A stretch of 64,000 nucleotides of DNA from an uncultured Mycoplasmatota bacterium (GCA_900553835.1 USFF01000001.1:1568-65567), one strand, 5' to 3'. Shown: positions 1 to 10,275, counted from the first letter of the stretch. Program-made: numbers and translations. Notes: generated by a model from the sequence alone, not told the origin.

Positions 1-274
1 CATTTCCTTCTCCTTTTAGCTTAACTAAAGTTACTCCATCATTTAAGTTATCTGTTTTATAAGAAAGTACTCTTTTATCTTTTTTTAAATACTCATGAAC
101 TTCTTTCTTAATAACTCCAGTACCTTTACCATGTACTATTATTATATCATACTTTTTTAATTTAATGCAATCTGTAATTGTCTCTTTTACTTTTATAGTT
201 GCTTCTACCCTAGTCATACCATGTAAATCTATTTTTTCATAGTAATAAGTAAATGGATCATCTATTCTTTTCAT
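1..274 (-). CDS. Smr-domain protein (start at 274, C-terminus runs off the window)
   Basis: The minus-strand frame is open from ATG 274-272 to the window edge. It translates as MKRIDDPFTYYYEKIDLHGMTRVEATIKVKE...IIIVHGKGTGVIKKEVHEYL, which carries the Smr hallmarks (DLHG, HGKG). The start overlaps the stop of the upstream gene. Confidence 0.55.
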   Translation of the reverse strand, partial: MKRIDDPFTYYYEKIDLHGMTRVEATIKVKETITDCIKLKKYDIIIVHGKGTGVIKKEVHEYLKKDKRVLSYKTDNLNDGVTLVKLKGEGN

Positions 275-1118
275 ATATATCATGCACCTCATTTATATCA
301 GGTAAATTATTATAAGTATCATAGTTTTTAGTACTTAAACTAGCTGAAATGGCTGCGATTTTTAAGCATTTTTCTAAGTTTAAGTTTTCTGTTAAACCAT
401 ATACAAAACTAGAAGCAAATATATCTTTTATGTTAGAGTTATTCTTTTTTATTACTTTTAAAGAACTCATTACTTTTATTTTATCTTCTACTTTATATAA
501 GTAGCCTTTTTCTTCTAAGAAAATAATTACTTTTGAGTTATATGTATTTTCCATATAATTTAAAACTTCTTTTAAAGTGTCAGGTTTATTATAATCTATT
601 CTTTTTTTAGAAGTAATTTCTGCAAATTCTTTAGAACTAATTATATAGTCAGATAATAAACATAACTTAGGAGTATTTTCTTTATAATTATTTACTATTA
701 ATACTTTAGTACCTTTAATATCTTTAATAGCATCTACGCTTATACTTTCATCCATAAGTATTATATCAAAATTAGTATTAGGTTCTATATTATTTTTAGT
801 ACTTTTATCACTTATTATAACAGTGCTGGCACTGTTATATTTATTAATAATTATACTTCTTGTGCTAATTTGATCATTTAAAGAAGTAAGACTAGTATTA
901 ATACCTAATTTATCAAGCTTATTAATTAATTCTAGAGTGTTTACTTCTGTAGAAAGAGTAATATCTACTCCCCATTTATTAAGAAGTAAAGAAGAAAGTA
1001 TTACCCCACCATATGTACTAAAAGTACCCTTAGAATTAACTATACTATTTTCTTTTATAAATCCATCTAATAAAAAAATACTGTCTAAAAAAGTTTTACC
1101 TATAACTAATACTTTCAT
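258..1118 (-). CDS. PfkB/ribokinase-like carbohydrate kinase family protein (C-terminal GAGD motif looks degenerate)
   Basis: 286 aa. The N-terminal MKVLVIGKTFLD...YGGV and the overall length and layout resemble PfkB kinases. The C-terminal anion-hole motif is not canonical. Confidence 0.45.
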   Translation of the reverse strand: MKVLVIGKTFLDSIFLLDGFIKENSIVNSKGTFSTYGGVILSSLLLNKWGVDITLSTEVNTLELINKLDKLGINTSLTSLNDQISTRSIIINKYNSASTVIISDKSTKNNIEPNTNFDIILMDESISVDAIKDIKGTKVLIVNNYKENTPKLCLLSDYIISSKEFAEITSKKRIDYNKPDTLKEVLNYMENTYNSKVIIFLEEKGYLYKVEDKIKVMSSLKVIKKNNSNIKDIFASSFVYGLTENLNLEKCLKIAAISASLSTKNYDTYNNLPDINEVHDIYEKNR

Positions 1119-1261
1119 AATAACCCTTTCCTATTCTATTAAACATTATAACAAAATTATATATAATTTAAAAGTGAAAATTTAAAATTTCATTAAAACC
1201 GACCCTTCTGGGTCACGAAGTTTTCTTTGACTTTTTGATATATTTTATCTTGGTGAAGAAT

Positions 1262-1507
1262 ATGATAGAGGAAAAATTCTATGATTTTAATCCTGATATT
1301 AAAAAAGTAATAGCCTTAAATATTAGGAAGTATAGGAAATTAAAAGGACTAACTCAAGAACAACTTGCTCTTTATTCCGATCTGTCTTACGACTTTGTAA
1401 GAAGAATTGAAACATCTGGTGGAAAATGTGGTTTTTCAGTAAACACTCTTTATAAATTAGCAACCGTTTTAGAAGTTCCTTTAGATTTACTTATAGAAGA
1501 AAAATAG
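1262..1507 (+). CDS. XRE-family helix-turn-helix transcriptional regulator
   Basis: LKGLTQEQLALYSDLSYDFVRRIETSG is a classic HTH_3 motif. The start was moved to ATG 1262. Confidence 0.7.
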   Translation: MIEEKFYDFNPDIKKVIALNIRKYRKLKGLTQEQLALYSDLSYDFVRRIETSGGKCGFSVNTLYKLATVLEVPLDLLIEEK

Positions 1508-1511
1508 CTTT

Positions 1512-2243
1512 TCAGCTATTTTTTATACTTTCTAAGAAACTTTTACTTTTTAAATAAAGTCCTGTATATTCTCTATAGTATTCTTTTAGAAAATTATCGA
1601 TTATATTAACAGTATTATTATTAATATTAAGTTTACTTATTTTACTAATATCAATATAATTATAAAGATTAAATATTTTAATAGTATTTTCATCTATTAT
1701 TAGTTCATTTGTTCTATGTAAAGAGCAAACAAAGCCACCTTTATTTAAACTTATAGTTTGTACACTAGTGCTTCCACATACTGAACAACCATTTAAACAT
1801 AGTCCTACTCCTAAATAGTTTAAATATTTAATTTCTACTATATTAGTAATTATTTTTGGATCTAAATTATCCTCTATTTTAAGTAAAGCATTTATAAAAA
1901 TATCATATATAGAACTAGCACTATTTTCTTTATAAACATTTTTAGTTAAATCTGCTAAATATGACATATAACTAAATTTAATTATATCACTTTTAATATT
2001 CATGAAATAATTAATAACATCCGCGCCTATTAAAGTAGATAATTTTTTTTCTTTATAGTAAATATGAAAATTAGCATAGGTAAAATTATTGCTGACTACT
2101 CTTAGTTTACTTTTTTCTTTTAAAGAGCCTTTAGAAATAACTCCAATTAAACCTTTATCTTTAGTAAGAATATTTAATATCTTAGAGTTTTCTCCATATT
2201 TAGTAGTACCAACAACAATTCCTTCTATGCTAATAATTTCCAT
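1512..2243 (-). CDS. recO: DNA repair protein RecO
   Basis: 243 aa with an OB-fold-like N-terminus and a Cys cluster (CLNGCSVCG...C). It sits downstream of era, as in Bacillus. Confidence 0.85.
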   Translation of the reverse strand: MEIISIEGIVVGTTKYGENSKILNILTKDKGLIGVISKGSLKEKSKLRVVSNNFTYANFHIYYKEKKLSTLIGADVINYFMNIKSDIIKFSYMSYLADLTKNVYKENSASSIYDIFINALLKIEDNLDPKIITNIVEIKYLNYLGVGLCLNGCSVCGSTSVQTISLNKGGFVCSLHRTNELIIDENTIKIFNLYNYIDISKISKLNINNNTVNIIDNFLKEYYREYTGLYLKSKSFLESIKNS

Positions 2244-2244
2244 T

Positions 2245-2325
2245 TTATTTACCTTTCTTATAATTTAAATAATCTTCTATTTTTCCACTTTCTTTAAATT
2301 TATTCCATAAATCTTTTTTATTCAT
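2245..2325 (-). CDS. YqzL-like small protein (26 aa), absent from the ORF track
   Basis: Translates as MNKKDLWNKFKESGKIEDYLNYKKGK. A GGTGA Shine-Dalgarno lies upstream. It is wedged between era and recO, where Bacillus has yqzL, and its stop abuts the recO start. Confidence 0.5.
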   Translation of the reverse strand: MNKKDLWNKFKESGKIEDYLNYKKGK

Positions 2326-2370
2326 TTTTATCACCTACTATATATTGTGATAAAAATATTTTTTTATTCA

Positions 2371-3252
2371 CTAAAATTCATTAAAACCAAGTTCATTTAA
2401 ATATTTTTCTTTATCTCTCCATTTTTTTAATGTTCTAACATAAAGTTCAAGATACACTTGTTTCTTTAAAAGTACTTCCATATCTTTTCTAGCAAGCATT
2501 CCTATTTCTTTGAGCATTAAGCCTTTTTTACCTATAATAATTTTCTTTAAAGCTTCTCTATCTACTATAATATCTACATAAACATTAATAGTTTTATCAT
2601 CTTCTGTTAAATCTGAAAGTATTGTATGTACTGAATGAGGAACTTCCTCATTAGTTAAATTAAGTACTTTTTCTCTAACTATTTCAGCAAGTCTTTTTTC
2701 TATTGGTTCGCTTGTTTTTTCTTCCTTTGGGTAGTATTTAACATCACAAGTTAAATATTTCTTTAAAACCTCTATTAGTCTTTTAACATTATCTCCTGTT
2801 TCAGCACTTACTGGTACAATATCACTAAAAGGATATAAATCTTTAAGTTCATCTATTTTCTTTAATATTTCTTCATTAGATAGTTTATCTATTTTATTAA
2901 TAACTAAAATAACTGGTTTTTCTAATGATTTCATTTTATCTAAAACAAACATGTCGCCTTTACCTAGTTTTTCTTTAGCATCCATAACTAGTACTAAAGC
3001 ATCAGCATCATATGTACTATAATAAGCTTGACTATTTAATTTATTGCCAAGTTTATTAAGTGGCTTACTTATACCAGGAGTATCTATAAATACTATCTGT
3101 GTGTCTTCTTCATTATAAATACCTTGTACTAAACTTCTTGTTGTTCCTTGTTTATCACTTATGATAGCTACTTTTTCACCTACTATTTTATTTAAAAGTG
3201 TACTCTTTCCTACATTTGGCCTACCTACTATACTTACAAAACCACTTCTCAC
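2371..3252 (-). CDS. era: GTPase Era
   Basis: G motifs GRPNVGKSTLLN, DTPG and NKID, plus a C-terminal KH domain. 293 aa. Confidence 0.95.
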   Translation of the reverse strand: MRSGFVSIVGRPNVGKSTLLNKIVGEKVAIISDKQGTTRSLVQGIYNEEDTQIVFIDTPGISKPLNKLGNKLNSQAYYSTYDADALVLVMDAKEKLGKGDMFVLDKMKSLEKPVILVINKIDKLSNEEILKKIDELKDLYPFSDIVPVSAETGDNVKRLIEVLKKYLTCDVKYYPKEEKTSEPIEKRLAEIVREKVLNLTNEEVPHSVHTILSDLTEDDKTINVYVDIIVDREALKKIIIGKKGLMLKEIGMLARKDMEVLLKKQVYLELYVRTLKKWRDKEKYLNELGFNEF

Positions 3253-3629
3253 TTCATTTGCTCCTTACTAAAATTTTTATTCATTATTTCATTAAATGTT
3301 AAAACTTCCATATCCCCTTTAGTATTCATTATATTAAAGAGAATATCTTTATCAAAAAATTCTAAGAATGTTTGCTTACATAAATTGCATGGATAAAATA
3401 ATATATCCCCATCAGTCATTAAATATAAACTAGAAAACTCCCTTTCTCCATGAGAAACTGCACTGTTGATTGCATTTCTCTCAGCACATATAGTTCCTCC
3501 AAAAGAAGCATTTTCTATATTAACTCCCTCATAAAAATTACCATTTTTACTCTCTACAATGCATGCAAAATGAACACCACTATAGGGAGCATAACTATTT
3601 TTAATTAATTCTAAAAGTTTATCTCTCAT
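3249..3629 (-). CDS. cdd: cytidine deaminase
   Basis: 126 aa with zinc ligands CAERNAI and PCNLCKQ. Confidence 0.9.
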   Translation of the reverse strand: MRDKLLELIKNSYAPYSGVHFACIVESKNGNFYEGVNIENASFGGTICAERNAINSAVSHGEREFSSLYLMTDGDILFYPCNLCKQTFLEFFDKDILFNIMNTKGDMEVLTFNEIMNKNFSKEQMK

Positions 3630-4085
3630 TTATCTTTCTACTCCTAAACTACTTAATATTTCATCTTGAAGGCCAAACATTTCTTTCTCATCTTTTTCAT
3701 TCATATGATCATATCCTAGTAAATGAAGTAAACCATGAACAAGTAAAAAACATATTTCTCTCTCAAAAGAATGGTTATAATCTTCTGCTTGAGAATGAGC
3801 TTTTTCTAAACTTATATATATTTCTCCTAAATCAGTTATATCACTTTTAATATTTTCATCATTATCCATAAATGCAAAACTAATAACATCAGTTTCTCTA
3901 TCTATATTTCTATAAATTTTATTTATCTCATGAATATGTTTATTATCTGTTAGTACTATACTAACAAAAGAATTGTTAACATTTAGCAGTTCACTCACTT
4001 TACACACCACTTTATCAAGTAATTGTAAATTCACTTTCTCATTAGTTAAATTAGTTAATTCATACTCCATAAAATTAGCCTCCAT
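3630..4085 (-). CDS. ybeY: rRNA maturation endoribonuclease YbeY
   Basis: HGLLHLLGYDH metal-binding motif. It is the first gene of the ybeY-cdd-era block. Confidence 0.9.
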   Translation of the reverse strand: MEANFMEYELTNLTNEKVNLQLLDKVVCKVSELLNVNNSFVSIVLTDNKHIHEINKIYRNIDRETDVISFAFMDNDENIKSDITDLGEIYISLEKAHSQAEDYNHSFEREICFLLVHGLLHLLGYDHMNEKDEKEMFGLQDEILSSLGVER

Positions 4086-4359
4086 TACATTTTAATTTTA
4101 ACAAATTAATAATATTTTGTCTAGTGAATTAATCTAATTTATGACTATGTTAAATCAAAAACTTATAACAACACTTTTAAATAAATAATGTAATATTTCA
4201 AATTTTAAAAATTTAATTTCAAAAATTAAATTTTTACACTTTTGTGTAAAAATTTGATGTAAAATTTCACGTAAAGTAAAAATATTTAGGGGAATTTAGG
4301 GAAAAAATTCGTATAAGAAAGGGGAAGGGGTAAATTCTACCCTTCAGAAGGAGGAAGTT

Positions 4360-4746
4360 ATGGAAAAGAATTATTTAGAGAATATAAGGGGTTATATAAT
4401 AAGTGAACAAGCAAGAACTATAGTAAGAGACTATAATGCTAACAAAAGTAAACTTGAAACTTATTATAATATTGGAAAGGAACTATCTGAAGCAGGTAAG
4501 CATTATGGTGAAGGAATAGTAAAGAAGTATGCAATTGAATTGACTAATGAATTTGGTACAAATTATGGAGTTACAAATTTAAAATATATGAGACAATTTT
4601 ATAATTTTGTTAAAAAAGGCCACCCACTGGGTGACCAATTGAGTTGGACTCATTATAAAATACTTTTACCATTAAAGGATGTTAATGAAATCAAGTTTTA
4701 TATTGATTTAACTATTAGAAATAATTTAAGTAAATATGCTTTATAA
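4360..4746 (+). pseudogene. DUF1016/YhcG-family gene fragment (N-terminal domain only, nuclease domain missing)
   Basis: YYNIGKEL...YGEGIVKKYAIELTNEFG...NLKYMRQFYNF...LSWTHYKILLPL matches the DUF1016 N-terminal region. The ORF stops after 128 aa, where full-length members (about 340 aa) continue into a PD-(D/E)XK domain. Confidence 0.65.
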
Positions 4747-4836
4747 AAGGAATAAAAAGTAATGAAGTAGTGAAATAAGAAAGGTTATTCTAGTTTTTTT
4801 TTAATAAGTAATGTATAATTAAGTTAGGAGGTATTT

Positions 4837-5340
4837 ATGAAGAAGTTATATATAGATTTTGATGGAGTTATATTAGATACTATTACTATTTTATATAAAA
4901 AAGCTGATGAAGAGGGATATGAAAGAAATGATACTAAATTTTATGAAAACTTTGATTACAATACTATTTTAAAAGATGAATATATATTAAATAATTCAAT
5001 TCACTGTATTAAGAAATTAATAGAAAGTAATATTTTTGATGTAAATATTTTGACTCATTGTAATTCTTTAAAGGAAGGTGCTCTTAAGGTTAAATATATT
5101 AGAAGATTTTTTAAAGATATTACTGTTATAATTGTTCCTAAAGAAATAAGTAAAACTAAGATGGTACACACTGAAGGTGCTATATTAGTAGATGATTATG
5201 CAGGTAATTTAAGAGAATGGGAAAAAGAAGGTGGAATACCTGTTAGATTTTCTTTAAAGCGTAATGGTAAAGGTTATAAAGTAGTTGATAAATTAGATGA
5301 GTTAATAGAAATGTTTGGTGAAGTAAATGAAAATAGATAG
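4837..5340 (+). CDS. HAD-superfamily 5'(3')-deoxyribonucleotidase-like hydrolase
   Basis: N-terminal DxDxV motif (IDFDGVILDT). 167 aa. Confidence 0.6.
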   Translation: MKKLYIDFDGVILDTITILYKKADEEGYERNDTKFYENFDYNTILKDEYILNNSIHCIKKLIESNIFDVNILTHCNSLKEGALKVKYIRRFFKDITVIIVPKEISKTKMVHTEGAILVDDYAGNLREWEKEGGIPVRFSLKRNGKGYKVVDKLDELIEMFGEVNENR

Positions 5341-5848
5341 ATTAGTTTTAAAGCCTTTAGATAACAACTGTTATATTTTAAGTAGTAATGGATGTGCTTT
5401 AATTGTTGATCCAAGTAGTAGTGAAAACATAATAGAAAAATATCTAAAAGACAATTCACTTGAACTAGTAGGTATTTTAGTAACTCATTATCACTTTGAT
5501 CATGTAGGTGCACTTTCATATTTAATTAATAAATATAAAGTTAGAGTATATGACTATAAAACTTTAGGTAAACAAAAAGTATTTAATTTTAAATTTGAAG
5601 TTATACCTACAAGAGGACACTCAAAAGATAGTGTAAGTTTTTATTTTAAAGATAGTAATGATATGTTTGTAGGAGATTTTATATTTATGGGAAGTATTGG
5701 AAGAATGGATTTAGAAGGTGGTAATGAAGAAGAAATGGCATATAGTTTAAGATGCTTAAAAGAAATGAATAAAAATACTAAACTATTTCCTGGACATGGA
5801 ATGATTACTACTTTAGAAAGAGAAATTAAGGAGAACCCTTATCTATGA
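5327..5848 (+). CDS. MBL-fold metallo-hydrolase
   Basis: THYHFDHVG (HxHxDH) motif and a later GHG. 173 aa. Confidence 0.8.
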   Translation: MKIDRLVLKPLDNNCYILSSNGCALIVDPSSSENIIEKYLKDNSLELVGILVTHYHFDHVGALSYLINKYKVRVYDYKTLGKQKVFNFKFEVIPTRGHSKDSVSFYFKDSNDMFVGDFIFMGSIGRMDLEGGNEEEMAYSLRCLKEMNKNTKLFPGHGMITTLEREIKENPYL

Positions 5849-8019
5849 TAGCTAGTGTACTTGTAGAATATACAGTTAAATCTTTAGATAGGACATTTGA
5901 CTATATTATTCCTCTAGAACTAATAAGTACCCTAAAAGTAGGACACAAAGTACTAGTACCTTTTGGCAAACAAATAGTTGAAGGCTTTGTTATGGATATT
6001 AAAAATGAAAAAGAAGAAAATATTGAATACAAAGAAATAATTAAAATAGTAGAAAAAGATTTTTGTTTAAATGAAGAACTACTAAAGTTAGGAGAGACTA
6101 TTTCTAAAGAAACTTTATCTACTAGAATGAGTGCTTACCAAGCTATGTTTCCTAAAGCACTTAAAGCTAAAAGCAAAGTAAATATTAATGTAAAAAAAGA
6201 AGTATATGTAAGAATTAATCCTTCATTTGATACTGAAAATTATATTATAAATAACAAAAGAAATTTAAAAGAAATAGAAATTATAAATAAACTAAAAAGT
6301 GGAGAATTAAAAAAGAGCTTAGTTTCATCTCCTTCACTTAATAGATTAATAGAAAAAAATATAGTTTTAACTAGGGAAGTTTTAGTTAATAGAAGTGTTG
6401 ACTTTATTAAAGAAGAGGAAAAAGATATAGTACTTACTAGAGAACAAAGTGAAGCATATAAAGAAATTAAAGAAAGCACTAATAACAAGATACTTCTATA
6501 TGGTGTAACTGGAAGTGGTAAAACTGAAATATACATTAAATTAATAAAAGATGCAATTAATGAGGGCAAAACTGCTTTAATGTTAGTACCTGAAATTAGT
6601 TTAACACCTCAGATAGTAAATAGATTTCTAAGTATTTTTGAAGGAAATGTAGCAGTTCTTCATAGTCAGTTATCTGAAGGAGAAAGATATGACGAATATA
6701 GAAGAATAGTAAACAAGGAAGTAAATATAGTAGTGGGTGCTAGAAGTGCTGTTTTTGCACCTCTTAAAAATATAGGAGTAATTATAATTGATGAATGTTC
6801 TAGTCAAAGTTTTAAACAAGATGTAAATCCTAAATATAATGCTATAGATGTTGCGTTCTTAAGAAGTGAAAATTATAACTCTAAAGTAATAATGGGAAGT
6901 GCAACTCCTTTACTAGAACAATATGCAAGAGGTTTAAAAGGAGTTTTTAAATTAGTCAAGTTAACTAAAAGAGTAAGCGAAAATTATCCTAAATATACAC
7001 TAGTTGATATGAATGAAGAAGTTAAAAAAAGAAATTTTGTTTTAAGTAATCAGTTAAAAGTAAAACTAGTAACTGAAGTTAATAAGGGACACCAAGTAAT
7101 TATTCTCTTAAATAGAAGAGGTTACTCTACATTCTTAAGTTGTTCAGCATGTGGTTATACACTAAAATGTCCTAAATGTGATATTTCTTTAATATATCAC
7201 AAATCATCCAATAATTTAACTTGCCACTACTGTGGATACTCTACTAAAATGAGTAAAGTATGCCCTAGCTGTAAAGAAGAAGCAATTAAAGATTTAGGAA
7301 TGGGTACAGAAAAACTAGAAGAATTAGTTTTAAAAGAATTTCCAAATTTAAGAGTAGTTAGAATGGACTATGATACAACTAGAAATAAAGGAAGTCATTC
7401 TAAAATAATTGAAGACTTTAAAAATCATAAATATGACATCTTAATCGGAACACAAATGATAAGTAAAGGATTAAACTTTAAAAATGTAACTTTAGTGGGT
7501 GTAATAAATGCTGATACATCTTTAAACATACCTGACTTTAGAAGTAGTGAAAGAACCTATGAACTACTTACTCAAACGGGAGGTAGAACTGGTAGGTATG
7601 ATCTTCCAGGAGAGGTATTAATTCAAACATATAATAAAGATAATTATTGTTTAAAGTGTGTTACACTAGATGACTATGAACTTTTCTATAATAAGGAAAT
7701 GGAAATAAGAAAAGCATTAAAGTATCCACCATACTACTATTTAACTTTAATTAAAATAAGTAGTGATAAATATGAAATTGCTAAAGAAGAAGCTAGTAAA
7801 GTAAAGAATATCTTATCTAAAAAACTTAATGAAGAATTCATAGTACTAGGACCTTCTGTTTCAAGTTTAGTTAAACTTAAAGATAGATATTATTTTCAAA
7901 TAATTATTAAATACAAAAAAGTATTAAATTTATTTGAAGTATTAAAAGAAATAAATGAACTTTATATTTCTTCTAAAGTAAATATTGATATTAATATAAA
8001 TCCTCTTAATTTGATGTAA
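5845..8019 (+). CDS. priA: primosomal protein N' (replication restart helicase PriA)
   Basis: Walker A GVTGSGKTE, a DEC(S) box, and Cys-rich zinc fingers (CSACGY..CPKC..CHYCGY..CPSC). 724 aa. Confidence 0.95.
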   Translation: MIASVLVEYTVKSLDRTFDYIIPLELISTLKVGHKVLVPFGKQIVEGFVMDIKNEKEENIEYKEIIKIVEKDFCLNEELLKLGETISKETLSTRMSAYQAMFPKALKAKSKVNINVKKEVYVRINPSFDTENYIINNKRNLKEIEIINKLKSGELKKSLVSSPSLNRLIEKNIVLTREVLVNRSVDFIKEEEKDIVLTREQSEAYKEIKESTNNKILLYGVTGSGKTEIYIKLIKDAINEGKTALMLVPEISLTPQIVNRFLSIFEGNVAVLHSQLSEGERYDEYRRIVNKEVNIVVGARSAVFAPLKNIGVIIIDECSSQSFKQDVNPKYNAIDVAFLRSENYNSKVIMGSATPLLEQYARGLKGVFKLVKLTKRVSENYPKYTLVDMNEEVKKRNFVLSNQLKVKLVTEVNKGHQVIILLNRRGYSTFLSCSACGYTLKCPKCDISLIYHKSSNNLTCHYCGYSTKMSKVCPSCKEEAIKDLGMGTEKLEELVLKEFPNLRVVRMDYDTTRNKGSHSKIIEDFKNHKYDILIGTQMISKGLNFKNVTLVGVINADTSLNIPDFRSSERTYELLTQTGGRTGRYDLPGEVLIQTYNKDNYCLKCVTLDDYELFYNKEMEIRKALKYPPYYYLTLIKISSDKYEIAKEEASKVKNILSKKLNEEFIVLGPSVSSLVKLKDRYYFQIIIKYKKVLNLFEVLKEINELYISSKVNIDININPLNLM

Positions 8020-8056
8020 TTATTTATAAATTGTTGTATAATTATTTAGAAGGAGA

Positions 8057-8995
8057 ATGCATATGAAAGATAAAAGAGTAGTTTTTATGGGAACACCTGA
8101 ATTTGCAGTTCCTGTTTTAGAAAAATTAATTGAAAATACTAATGTTGTACTAGTTGTAACACAAAGAGATAAAAGTGTTGGAAGGCACAGTGAACTTAAA
8201 TTTACTCCTATAAAAGAAGTAGCAGTTAAACATAACATACCTGTTTTTCAACCTGAAAGAATAAGGGGTGATTATGAAAGGGTAATAGAATGTAAACCTG
8301 ACATTATCATTACATGTGCTTATGGACAGATTATACCTAAAGTACTTTTAGACTATCCAGAGTATGGATGTATTAATGTACATGCTTCACTTCTTCCAAA
8401 ACTAAGAGGCGGAGCACCACTACATAAAGCTATTATATATGGAGAAAAAGAAACTGGGATAACTATAATGTATATGGATGAAAAAATGGATAATGGAGAT
8501 ATAATAGCTACTGAAAAAATAGATATTTTAGATAGTGATAATGTGGGAACCATTCATGATAAATTAATGGTTATAGGATCTAACTTACTTATGAAAACTC
8601 TTCCTAGTATATTTAACAAAACAAATAACCGAATTAAACAAAATGAAGAAGAAGTAACTTATGCTTACAATGTTACAAGAGAAGAAGAAAAAATATGTTT
8701 TAATAAAACAGCTAGAGAAGTATTTAATCAAATAAGAGGTTTATATCCTTATCCAGTTAGTTATACAGTGCTAAATGGTAATGTCATTAAAGTATTAGAA
8801 AGTAAACTCGATACCAGTACTGCTGGTAAAACAGGAGAAATAACTAACATCACTAAAGAAGGAATGGTAGTAAAATGTCTAGATAAAAGCATAATTATTA
8901 CAAAAGTAAAACCAAGTGGAAAGAAAGAAATGAATGCTTTAGACTTTGTTAATGGATATGGAAAAGACAAAATAATAGGAGAAATATTTGAATGA
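8057..8995 (+). CDS. fmt: methionyl-tRNA formyltransferase
   Basis: FMGTPEFAVPVLEKL and HASLLPKLRGGAPL motifs. It follows priA. Confidence 0.95.
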   Translation: MHMKDKRVVFMGTPEFAVPVLEKLIENTNVVLVVTQRDKSVGRHSELKFTPIKEVAVKHNIPVFQPERIRGDYERVIECKPDIIITCAYGQIIPKVLLDYPEYGCINVHASLLPKLRGGAPLHKAIIYGEKETGITIMYMDEKMDNGDIIATEKIDILDSDNVGTIHDKLMVIGSNLLMKTLPSIFNKTNNRIKQNEEEVTYAYNVTREEEKICFNKTAREVFNQIRGLYPYPVSYTVLNGNVIKVLESKLDTSTAGKTGEITNITKEGMVVKCLDKSIIITKVKPSGKKEMNALDFVNGYGKDKIIGEIFE

Positions 8996-9654
8996 AAGAA
9001 AAAGAAAAAAATATATTAAAAATAATTTTATATGTGGGTTTTCTATTTATCTTAATTATAGTTTCTAAATTAGTAAGTAACCAAAGTACAAATAATAAAA
9101 ATAATACTAACAAGATTTATAATAATAAATTAAAAGAATTTTCAAATTATGAAAGTCAAGTGCATTTAGTACTTGATGGAGATGCAGTAACTCTTAAATA
9201 TGAAAAAATAAGAAATGCTGAAATGGGATCTAGAATTTATCATAATGATACAAAGAATTATTTAAGATACAATAATTGTTACTATGAAGTAAATGGTACT
9301 GAATTTACTAAATTAGATGAATTTAATAAACTTATATATGATGATACTTTTATAGATATTAATAATATAATTAAAATTCTTGATTTAAAAGAAATAAATT
9401 CTAGTAATGAATATGATTTAAAAGATATTCTAAATATTTATAATGAAGTTAATAGTACTAGCTATTTTGATATTAATAATAAAAAGATTACACTTGATTA
9501 TAAAGAGGATGATGCAGTTATTAGTATTATATTAGACTTAACTAATTTATATAATTTAGTTAACAAAAAGGAAGAAAGTAGTGTTATATATAATCTAAGT
9601 TTTAAAGAGATAAGTGATAGAGATATTAGTTTTATAGAAGATAAAATAAATTAA
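8992..9654 (+). CDS. hypothetical N-terminally membrane-anchored, Asn-rich protein
   Basis: ATGA overlap with fmt. One N-terminal hydrophobic helix. No recognisable domain. Confidence 0.5.
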   Translation: MKEKEKNILKIILYVGFLFILIIVSKLVSNQSTNNKNNTNKIYNNKLKEFSNYESQVHLVLDGDAVTLKYEKIRNAEMGSRIYHNDTKNYLRYNNCYYEVNGTEFTKLDEFNKLIYDDTFIDINNIIKILDLKEINSSNEYDLKDILNIYNEVNSTSYFDINNKKITLDYKEDDAVISIILDLTNLYNLVNKKEESSVIYNLSFKEISDRDISFIEDKIN

Positions 9655-9730
9655 AAAATATATCTAGTTTTGTCTAATTTAATGAAATTATATTTTTATT
9701 AGTATATACTTTATCTAGAGGTGATAAACT

Positions 9731-9814
9731 ATGGATAAATTAAATGAGATGTTTACTGATATGATTGATGATTTAACCTATTCTATTTTAGAAACTAAAG
9801 AGAAATTTAAATAA
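9731..9814 (+). CDS. candidate 27-aa small protein (MDKLNEMFTDMIDDLTYSILETKEKFK)
   Basis: GAGGTG lies 7 nt upstream of the ATG. The stop is followed directly by an intrinsic terminator. Not in the ORF track. Confidence 0.35.
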   Translation: MDKLNEMFTDMIDDLTYSILETKEKFK

Positions 9815-9843
9815 CCTACTAATAATAAAGTAGGTTATTTTTT
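9814..9843 (+). terminator. intrinsic terminator
   Basis: ACCTACT-loop-AGTAGGT 7-bp stem followed by a T-run. Confidence 0.6.
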
Positions 9844-9906
9844 AATAAATAATAAATAAAGGTTAAAAATATACTATAATTACCAATATTATTAACTAAC
9901 ATTTAA

Positions 9907-9935
9907 TTGACAAATTTGTTTATAAATAGTACAAT
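9907..9935 (+). promoter_or_regulatory. sigma-A type promoter upstream of gpsB
   Basis: TTGACA, 17 nt, TACAAT. Confidence 0.45.
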
Positions 9936-9960
9936 TATAATGGAAAAGGGAGTTAATTAT

Positions 9961-10275
9961 ATGGAAGATAAAATATTATTAACAGCAAATGATATTCTTG
10001 AAAAAGAATTTAAAATTGATGCAAGAGGTTATAGACCACAAGAAGTAGATAAGTTTCTAGATATTATAATCAAAGATTACACTGAATATGAAAAGATTAT
10101 ATCTAGATATAAAAATGAACTTACTCTTATGGTTAATGAAAACTCAAAGTTAAAAAGTGAACTAAGAAACTTAAAATCAACATTAAGTGTTGCAGAAAAT
10201 AGTCGTGGTGTTACTAATGTCGATATTTTAAGAAGACTTGGTGAACTAGAAAAAATAGTATATGGAGAAGAATAA
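9961..10275 (+). CDS. gpsB: cell-cycle protein GpsB (DivIVA-domain)
   Basis: KEFKIDARGYRPQEVDKFLD is a DivIVA-like N-terminus, followed by a coiled coil. About 104 aa, followed by rnpB as in Bacillus. The start was moved to ATG 9961. Confidence 0.85.
   Translation: MEDKILLTANDILEKEFKIDARGYRPQEVDKFLDIIIKDYTEYEKIISRYKNELTLMVNENSKLKSELRNLKSTLSVAENSRGVTNVDILRRLGELEKIVYGEE

Noticed and set aside
4100-4260. AT-rich quasi-palindromic tracts (AAATTTTAAAAATTTAATTTCAAAAATTAAATTTTT) and similar stretches elsewhere, considered as CRISPR or other repeat arrays
   Set aside because: These are low-complexity A/T runs with no regular repeat-spacer periodicity. No CRISPR-like array or cas genes occur anywhere in the window.
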